NCBI GenBank assembly: GCA_036172245.1
Contig: JAYWIR010000013.1
Coordinates: 2,170,001 to 2,234,000 of the forward strand
Direction of reading: 5' to 3'
Length of the DNA: 64,000 nt
Origin: Raillietiella orientalis
Taxonomy: Eukaryota
Below are positions 13,918 to 23,800 of the stretch, in pieces. Every line of letters begins with the position of its first letter. Position 1 is the first letter of the stretch. A model generated the notes under the pieces. That model was not told the DNA's origin. It saw nothing but the letters and a program-made list of their open reading frames with translations, and made no database searches. A program made the position numbers and the translations under genes.

Positions 13918-16900
13918 ATGGAGAGGGGTTTAGATAATCATTTCTATGTTATGTAAGTATTTTTATAGTTGTGATCAATGTGGTGAGAAATTAATAGGGG
14001 TATGGAAGCACATGATCCGGAAACTGAAAGTAGAAATTATTGTACATTGAACAATCCAAAAGCAGATTATCGATTAAGTTCTGGAGAGCCAGTGAATGAG
14101 GACATGATTAACAAGAATGACAGATGTGATATGTTACATTATCATTCTCCGGAAATGCTTCTCCATAATAGAATAGATCCTTATTGCAATCCTTATCGTT
14201 TTCACAATGGATGTCCTGATCATGTTGTGAAGAATGATACACCTGAAGATCCGTATCACTTTGTTGATGAGGACTTCACGCATGCAGGTGGAGTTTCTCT
14301 CAATTATGCTGATCTTCATGTTCCTGTACGTCCTGTGATGTTTCCTAAAAAACGTGGCAGAAAGAAAAAGTGCGAAAACACTAACAGGTATGGGTTGGTA
14401 GTTATCGGATAGAAATAACCAAATGATGCCTACAGTATTTATAGTCCAAACAAAAGCGGAAAACCTGAAGCAATTACAAAGGAAAGGAAAAAATATGATA
14501 GGTTTAATGGCATGACTGAAGAGGAAGTCAAGCTAAAAACACTACCTGATCATTTGGCTCCCAATTTGGATATTTTGATAGTGAGTTTGGATAATTTACA
14601 ATAAGATTTTCTACTGATGTAGTATCTCGTTTCTTTATTTGTATTTAATTATTGCTATCTGGTGTTTAGGTGGGTATAAATCCTGGTTTGTTTGCTGCTT
14701 ACAAAGGTCATCATTATGCTGGTCCCGGAAACCATTTCTGTAAGAGTCATAATTTTAAGTTTTACTTAGTAGAGAATCTTTAGATTGTAAACATTGATGA
14801 ATTCTTGTCGTGTGCGTTTCATTACTGTTTTTGTTTTGATTCTTTTGTTTTGGTATTCATCAGGGAAATGCCTTCATTTATCTGGTCTTATTCCCAATAC
14901 GTTAACTGCCGAAGATGACCATAAACTGTTAGAATATGGAATTGGCTTCACTACTTTAGTATCCAGAACAACCAAGTGTTTTCAAGATTTGAACCGAAAA
15001 GAGATTCGTGAAGGTAGATTTACGTTTCTTGCTACATAGCAAAAAGAACTGAATTTTTGTGTTAAAGGAAGTCAAATTCTAATTGAGAAAGTACGCAAAT
15101 ACGATCCCAAAATTGTGGTTTTTAATGGTAAAGGAATTTATGAAGTGTTTTCCGGAAAAAAAGAATTCTTATTTGGAAAACAGCCAGAACCCATTGATGG
15201 TTGTAAATCGGTGAGAAGTTTGCAGTGTTTCACCCTTTTTTAGTTTTATGTTCAATCACTGAGCAGTGAATCAATTTATCATTTCCTTTGTTTTATAGAT
15301 TGTATGGGTAATGCCTTCTTCCAGTGCTCGTTGTGCACAGTTACCTAGAGCTGTTGATAAGGTCCCTTTTTATATTGCATTGAAGAAACTCAGGGATTAT
15401 GTGAATGGATTGATGTCTGATCTTGATGAGAACGAGATAACTTTCTCTGAGTGCTCTCTACGAGCATTTGCTGACAGTAAGCTGGAAGAGTTGGGAATTA
15501 AGCCAGATATGAAGGAAGAATTCGAGAATAGTAATAAAGATATTCATGGTGCTGGTGATCTGCTCAACATGTCTGATGGATCATTTTTATGTGCACCAGA
15601 AAGTGGATCCGGTGATGTGCTTATAGGGTTACCTAAGAAAAAAAGAGGAAGGCCCAAGAAAATCCATAGCGAAAATGGACTTTCTGTAGACTCACAGAAT
15701 CCAAAGCCAAAATACAAACCACGTAAAATGGAATATGGACTGGATGGTGAACCAATCAAAAAGAAACGAGGCAGGCCAAAAAAAATAAGGGGAGATGAGT
15801 CTGATATCACATCCAATAAAATGCATTCTTGGCATCTTACCAACACATCCAGTTTTGATGATGGTCAGAGAATGAATTATGGTGGTGCTAATGGTATTCT
15901 TTCACCATTAAGTGGGTCTCCAACTATATTCTCATCTCCTTACAATCAGAGACTAGCTCCAGGTGCTCCTTGCAATTATCCCAAAAACTATACCATGGAA
16001 GCACTAGAAAATAGACTTCATCCACAAATCAAATCTCCCCAAAGATTTGTAAATAATTCAGCTTCTGGTCCAGACAGCATTGTTTCAGAAGCGGTGTTGA
16101 GTAGTTGCTCATCTGCATCCAGCTATCATCACTCTCCACCTCCACAAACAGGAACTATTCAGTCGTCTCCATCTGGTCACTCTTTTACACAATCTGAGTT
16201 TTCTGGTCAGTTGCCAGAAAACCTGTCTTCTCCTCATAATTTGGACACTCCTCCTCCTCCATCACCAAGTTTAGGACCTGCAGATTTTTCTCCTCCAGCA
16301 AGCATGGCAAGAGAAGAGACAGACTTACAGAAAAAAGATACTACTGTTCATCACAACATAGCATCTAAACCAACAGAGTCTCCTGATAATTATGTGCATC
16401 CTCAAGTTAGTCAGTCCCATGAAGAACAGTGTTCCTTTTCAAATCCCAAGACTCCTGTGGCATCAGGGATGAATACTAATCAGACTATGTATAGTGGCTT
16501 CAATCAGTATCAGCCGCAATCTTCCGATTCCGAAATGAGGTACTCAGAGAGAACTAATGGATTTAAGGATGTGAGCAAGCGGGATGTTACTCCAGATGTT
16601 GCTACTAAAAGTTTGTCAGGTTTGGAATCATTAGTTGATCAGATTCCAAGCATTGGAGACCATGATAATACCCCTCACACAACCCTCACTAATCCTGGCA
16701 GCAATGAACATTATAGTCCCTTACATGCTGAAACTGCCCATAGTCCAGGATACAGTGGCACCTTTCAGACAACAAGTTATCCTTCATCTAATCAATTCAG
16801 TACTCCTGTGAGTTCCTTCAGTCCCAACTATTCTTCTCCCAGTACAAATTTTTCCATAAGTTCTTTGGCACATAGTAGTGTATCAGAAAATGATCCCCCT

Positions 16901-17380
16901 AGTCCCTCTTCAGAAGTCCGCCCTAACTCACAGCTGCTTAATCCTTATTCTGTGTCTAGTCTTGCAGCAAGTAGCTCAGTGTCATCCTATTATCCAAACA
17001 ATGTGTCAAATTATTCCACTTTGATGGGCAATCCTTCAAACCATGCAATGGTTCCCTCAGGGTATGGTATGGGAACCACAGGAGGTATGGAACGTTTTGT
17101 AAACAGTCCAAATGTGATGAATTCCTCCATGACTGCCATGGGTCTAGCTAGTGCCATGGGTTCTATGTCATCAATGCATGCTTCCTCACTTTCTCCATAT
17201 TCATCATACTCACAGTATTCTGGTCCTTCTCCAGGATATTCAAATCCCAGTGCATCTAATTTTGCCTATAGTGGCCCAACAAGTTTCCATGTACCCAATC
17301 CACATTATCCTTATACTTCATATGCAAGTAATCCATATCAAGCAAGTTATCAAAATCCAATGGGGTTTGGTGGGTTTTAA
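13918..17380 (+). CDS. TDG: G/T(U) mismatch-specific thymine DNA glycosylase, Thd1-type (MUG/TDG family) with AT-hooks and a long low-complexity C-terminus
   Basis: Phase-consistent GT-AG exons: 13918-13952 (tentative start [12 protein letters not shown]; alternative start ATG 14002), 13998-14387, 14445-14580, 14670-14739, 14864-15013, 15068-15210, 15299-17380 (TAA). The spliced product contains the TDG hallmarks [55 protein letters not shown] (catalytic Asn in GINPG), [16 protein letters not shown] and [15 protein letters not shown] (intercalating Arg). It also has two [11 protein letters not shown]-hooks (15635-15661, 15758-15784) and a KKRGRKKK motif (14347-14370). Confidence 0.96.
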
Positions 17381-17858
17381 CTTACGTTTTTATCTATTGT
17401 AAGTTTTGTTATCTAAAGTATCCGGTTTTATAGTTAAAATAAGCATATATGGTACGCTCGTAACATACATATATACAGATGTGTATTTATGTAATCGGTA
17501 TGGAAATTTTTGATATTTTAATATAATAACAGAATTTCAATATTTTCAGTAGACTGTCCTTTGTTATATTCAGTATTGATAAGTGAGACCAAAGTGTTAC
17601 ATTAAAGTATTTTTTAGTTTTGTAACAAGCAGAATAGCTGCTTTCAAAGTTTTTATTTGCTCAACTGTTCTTTTAGTGCTAATTTTAAAAAGATTGTGCA
17701 AAGGTTTGTTTTTATTCATAAATCTAGTCTTTATTTTTCATTTGCAATAATTATTATACATTGTGTATAGTGTAATTGTTCTATTGTATATTACTTTGAC
17801 CTTATAACTGTAGTATGGAAGAAAAAGACTTCTAGTTTTAGAGACAGGGTAATGTCAC

Positions 17859-17864
17859 AATAAA
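17859..17864 (+). promoter_or_regulatory. Candidate polyadenylation signal of TDG
   Basis: AATAAA about 480 nt after the TDG stop, near the end of the AT-rich 3' UTR block and followed by T/GT-rich sequence. Confidence 0.4.
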
Positions 17865-20800
17865 TGTTCTTGAAAATATGAGAATACATTTTTATAAAAT
17901 AGTGTTTATTTGGAGTATGCATTTTTTTCGTGTTCGAACACACTGGAGTACCATAACAACAAAAAAGCTCAAGCACTTTCACTGCTAGTTCTGCCTCTCC
18001 CTCTCTTTTTTAGCCGCCTTTTGGTTTTGTTTTGATCTTTTAGTGTAGCAGTGGCTGAAAGAATTTTCCTTGATTCTGAACGGTACTGTCACATTCAAAA
18101 CTACTTGTATTAGCTAAAGTAACATGTTTTATGCAATGATCCTACCAGGAATGAGGAAACTATTGGTACCGTGTGTTACTTTCGAATTTGAATTTTTCCT
18201 TCTACTTACTTTAGTGATCTTTCCGACGCCCTCTGTCATGTGATTCGATATTCCTGATCCTCAGTGAGCGCCAGAATCGATGCAGCTCTCGTAAGTGCAT
18301 ATTTGTGTCGAAGTGTTCCTCATGCTCATGAAATTAATCCTCGGTCATTGGTCTTGCAGATTGGTTCAGATGATGTTGGGTGCCAGGGGTGATGAAAGTG
18401 CTGTGCAGAGATCGCCGAACCGTGTCGAAGAGTTCGCGAATGAAGCATTCAGTTGAGGAGGATGTATGTGTACGTTGCTTCCACATTCCAGAACTGTTTC
18501 TAAATCGCCCAAGACTGTTAGACATCATGGGAGGTTCCGTTCAAAGTCCGGATGTGTATATATCTTGATCAACCCGAGTGAATCCCTGTGTATGTGCAGG
18601 CATCCAGTGAATGGTACATATTGTATAAACGTGCCCACTACGAACCCAACCGGAAACTTCCCGACGCGAGTACGCGTTCCCCGAGGGTGCCTATCAGGGA
18701 AAGAGGTGGTGCTGGCAGTATGAAGTGGAGGTTGCCTTCGCGGAGGATGTGTCACATCTTCAGTATGGTGGAAATGCCGGGAGTTTTCCGGTTCCTCTGC
18801 TGGGCCTCTCCCGGTGCCTTGCAGTCTCCTTTTTCCGCGTGTGCCTTTTCTCGTTTTCTGTTTCTCGTTAGCGGTATGCCTTATGTAATGTGGGCGGTTT
18901 TCGTCGGGGACTGAAACAGAAGTGGCTCGGTGAAGGAAAGTGGTCGTTGCATTCGAGACGGAAGTGGACCGCCGGGTTTTTACTTTCCAATGCATTTTTC
19001 CCGCCTATCGAAAGGACTTTCAAAGTCCTTTCGTGTGTGTGTGTTTTGTTTTTTGCAAAGGAGCGTAAGAGTGGCTTCTGTGTTTCAAGATGCGGTCACT
19101 GCCCGTACTTGAATAATTGCATATTGCAATGTACGTGCATTCCATTTGCGATCAGGAACGTAATTTCGGAGTTCCCAATTACGCGCAATGCTTTTAGGGA
19201 GTCCGTTTCGCACCACCGCGCGCACGTCCGTGTTTTCCGTTCGGTGTAGTGTACGTGCACGGGGTGGCACTTGCCCTGGCCGCTGGGTTCAGTGGCGCAG
19301 CCCCTCCACAATTCGCCATTATGTGGTGAAGTCCGAGCCTTCCGGAGCGAAATGTCTTTGCGCGCCTGCTGCCACTGAGGCTGGGGGTAAAAAGTGCCTG
19401 GCGGAGGCGCACCTCGGGCGCCGGTCAGTCTTCCCCTTAGGAGTCGCACGTGCGCGCGCGCGCCTTGATTTCGCCTTCGCCCAATAACCTTTTGTCCTGT
19501 TGCCAGGAATCTTGAATTCCGTTAAACTCATAGCCAGATGCAAAGATGTGATGGAGCTTTTCCAGCGGCAAGGAAGGTGCAATTAGCAAGAGCCCGTTCG
19601 AGGACTCATTTCCTTAGAATTGCACAACGGTCGACTCGGTGCGAGCAAATAAAGTTTTACATCATTCCCAGGAATGTTTATCCAAATAACACTGCATGCT
19701 TGTGTAAAAAAAAAAGGGGGGGGGGAGGGAGGGGGAACCTGCTGCTGCTTCCATGCAAGGCATAGCCAAAAGGAGGGAACCTGGGGATTTCATGTGACGT
19801 GCGAATCTCCCTAAGACGGCCGTTCACTCCTCTTCAGGTGATTCGGGAAAGTCCGGGCCGAAGACGGCTGTAGGTGTTCTCTCGATAACACAGGGATGGT
19901 CGTGAGGCGAGATGCCAGCAACATTGCCCGTTGCTGTTGCTGTGTGGACTGCTCAGTGGAAAGCGAGATGGAACCGGTCTTGCATCCAGTTTGGTCGCTT
20001 CAAGAAACACGGCTGACCACGTTGAAGGCCGGCTTTGAGCGCACCGTGTGGAAGATGACTTTGGACGGCGAAAAGAAAGGGAGCTCTCTTCGTTTCTCAG
20101 TAGGTTGCGGAACCGTGGCTCAGAAAAATCGCGTTCCGTTCAATTTATGCGAATGCAGCCGTGAAAAGCATCGGATCTCTGCAGCAGGCAATCCGAGGAT
20201 TCCAGTAGCGCCGCTGGGGAGTGTCTCTATGCAGTGGTCCATGCTCCTTTGCTCTCTCTAGCAGCGTCGGTTTGTCCCCCGATCCTTGACGACGGGACCG
20301 GTTGGCCAAGGTCGTGCCACCGGGGCTTCCCGTTGTTTTCCCCACGCTCGTGTGACCCGCACCCTCGCGGGCGAGTCCTGCCCCGGGGGGTTCTCCCTGC
20401 CTTTTCGAGGGTAGGAAAAAGACGATTCCCGCGGGTGGAAAATGTTTCGACTCATCCCCATGCGTGCGGTGCGCGTCGTTCTGCGCCAGTAAGTTCTTCT
20501 TCACCTGACAGGTGTGCTGCGATTTCGATTTCGAGCGTTTACGGCTCGTCGTTGGTGATTCATTTCCGCTTCCGTTTGTTTTGCTGCTGCGGTCCTCTCT
20601 TCACCGCTCGTAAATCCGACACGTGTGCAGTCGTCCTCGCTTCTCACCAACATTGTTTTTCTTTCTTTCTTCCTTCTTTTTTTTTTTGTCATCTAAAATA
20701 GAGCAGAGTTTGATTTCTGTTTTAATTGCATGTTGTACAATTTTTTAGGTACGAAAATAGTACTGTAAGAAGTTAGAGACGGATATCAGGGATAAAATGT

Positions 20801-23800
20801 AGTTGTACCGACCGTTCGTGTGGAACTTTTGTTTTTAGGTAAGGTTCCGATTTTAGGTGTTCACTTTTTGTAATTTACTAAGCCGAAAAGGTGCCGCATA
20901 CGTAACGTAGCTAGGTGAGTGCATCCAGGTAACCTGTTGTCTGATCTTCAGTTCTCTTCCCCTCTTTAGTGCCTCGTACTCTCTGTCAAAGCCGTTCCAT
21001 ACTATTAAATCACGGGGTCAGAGCTTACTGAAGATCCAAGTGAAGCAAGGAGGATGCCGACTGCTGTCCGCACCGCCGCATTCGGTTCTCGGCGGACGAA
21101 GAGGCCCAAACAGACGTACAAGAATCTTGAAGAACGTAGGAACAGAGTTGGGGAAGAAGAACCCCCGAATCCCGAGGCGAAGAAGCTGTGATCAGGGAGC
21201 GAAAAAGACGGACGGTAACGGGCGTTTCTGACGGTAACTCGATACTAACGCGGATTGTGAAGTAATTGAGTCTTACCGCCTCCTCGACCCCATGTGCGCT
21301 CAAGAGCGGCACCGGGAAGGAAATGGAAGTGGAAATGTGGACTGCTGCTTTCGTGCGTGAAACAGCAGATTTCGAAGGATTGTGGTGTTTCTGTGTTCTG
21401 ACGTGTGCACAAGTTGCTCTCTGCATCGGATCGTGGAAAAGCGTTCCCGAGTGTGGGCGGAGCATCGGAGGATCGAATGTCGAGAACGGTCCAGTGATGG
21501 GAGGGGCCCCATCCAGAGCGCCGTGGCACGGCGGTGGCAGGAGAGAAGCACAGGTTGCGGCAGCAACAGGGTGATGCGGGTCGTTCGAGGAGGGGGAAAA
21601 AACTCGCCTCTCGTGCACGAGACAGCGAGGCGAACGTGACCTCTGGATTCGAATCTCTGGCAAGAACTTCCAAGTGCACGCTTGGAACGGAAACTCTTGG
21701 ACTCTCCCGAGGGAGCCAAGTCGGCGGCTTCCAGTCGATCGACTAGTTCGCAGTCGCCGCCGAGCGTTGGCTCGCGCGCACGCAAAGAAACCGCGGAAAA
21801 GTAAGTGTGTTTCCCAGGTAACTCCAAAATGGATGATTACATAAACCATTATACATCATGATTCTGAATGATACATAATTTGCTCGCACGCCTAAAGCAG
21901 AGCGTGAAATGATCCGAGCGGGCGTGATGCGAGACGCAGAACGTTTGAAAAGGGGGAAGAAGGTCTGCAGCACCCGGGCTGCACGCGTTGGAGAGCCGTG
22001 GGGAGGCCCCCCGGCTAGGTCTGCGTGGGGAGCAGCAGCTCCGGCGCACTCTCATGTCCAAGTACGTGGGAATGGAACGGTGTGGGAGCGCCTTCGCAGG
22101 TGTGTGCACACGCAGCATCCGCAGGCGACTCGGATCTGCATCTGGTGCTGCGCGCTTGGAAGGCTGCTGCGGAGCCAGCCGGGGTTCCTGCCGGCGGGGG
22201 AGGCGAGGAGGCGACGCGCCGTTGCCTCCCCCCCCCCCCCCCCCGTCGCCTTCCTATCGCCTGCGTGGGGAACGGAGGAGGTGGACCCGTGCTCCCGCGG
22301 ATCGTTCCGAGCAACGCTTAGAAAAGCAGCGGCACGCGAGCGTTGCAGCCCACCGTCGCACTTGGCCGAAATGCAGGAAGCGGAGCGAGCCGTGTGCAGA
22401 GATCGCGGTGCGCACTCAGTAAGGAAGAAACGACGGTGCGTTCTCAGAGTAAAAAAAAAAAAGAAAAGAAAGAAAAAAAAAATTGTCCAGTCTAGAGGGA
22501 AGGAGGAGGTGGAAGAGGGTTGGAGAGACTCGGGACATGTTGCACCGACGAGAAGGGATTGCAAAGTCCACCCAAGAGCTCTCGGAACATACCGACTCGT
22601 GGTACTGAAAGCATCATCCCACGCAGTGAAGGAGACATCAGTGGTACCAGGACCCCTTCGCGAAAAATGGATTATTATAATAAAAGGTGCCGAAATAAAG
22701 AAATTGTGATTTTGTACTGCTGCTGCTGATGATGATGATTCATTTTTCTCATCACCTCATCCGATCGAGGTTGCTTCGTTTGTCGTTGTAACGAGCATCC
22801 TTCTGGAAAAACTGTTTCCTTCTTCTCCCTGACGGCGCAGTCTTTGGCAGCCATCTTCGAGGCCCCTATATGTTATGTAACACATACTTGCAATGCCCGA
22901 TTGCACTTGCGGGCGGGGGCTGCGTCCTGAAGGTTTCACGCGCAAGGGCTGCCCTGGCGGAAACGAAGTGCCTTGAAGGATGCAATCTTAAAGGTCGACC
23001 GACTTGGCGCTGGCCTCTCGCTGTGATTTACTTGCTGACCGTCTGTGCTTGTTCCGCAGTGACACGATCGAGTGCAGCTTTCTTTCGGCACTGCCGAGCT
23101 CTCGGGCCACGCCGACACATCTCCAAAGGTGTCCGTCTTCATCTTTGTAAGTCCGAACAAGCAGGTGGGAGATGTTCGACGCGTGGTCTGCTTGTGTCAA
23201 GGAGAGGTCAAGCGACGGTCGCACGGGTTGACGCGTGGCGGTCGCCTCGTGTCCCGTGGAGACACCGCGCGATCGTTTCCTCACACGTTGCAGACGGCGG
23301 GGTCGAGGCTGCAATTCGCGAAACTCCTCATGGATTTCAAGTGCGGACGTCGAATCTTCAACGAAAAGCTTGGTCTGTAAAGCAAACTCCGCCGCACGCG
23401 TGTGAATCCGATCTGCGTGCGGGGAGAGGTATGGCGCAGTGCAAAAAATTTGAATTTGTTTCGAATTGGTGACGTCGTAGGCACCACTTGGCAGAACTGA
23501 GCGTCTCATCGAACACGGCAAAGTGCGGCCAGCTGGCCGGGAACAGCGCGCGCGTCATTCGCGGGTACGAACATGTGAATTCAAGCAGAATCAGTCCTCA
23601 AGAGCATGGGGTCTCGGCTGCCCCTAGACTGGTGTGGGGTAGGTAGCCCCAGCTCTCCTCGCGCTAGTCTTGCTTCCACACCAATTTCAAGTCGCTCGCG
23701 GCTCCGAGGCAGTGCCCTCCGATGGACCACGTCGGAACATTTCGATTCCGTTCACATTTCGACAGCACCAGCATTGCCTTTGCGCAAAATTCCTTCTTTT

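Noticed and set aside
21025..23560. Stack of 150-270 aa ORFs on both strands
   Set aside because: The region is GC-rich, the frames run through homopolymer tracts (poly-C, poly-A), and there is no coherent codon bias, domain or exon chain.
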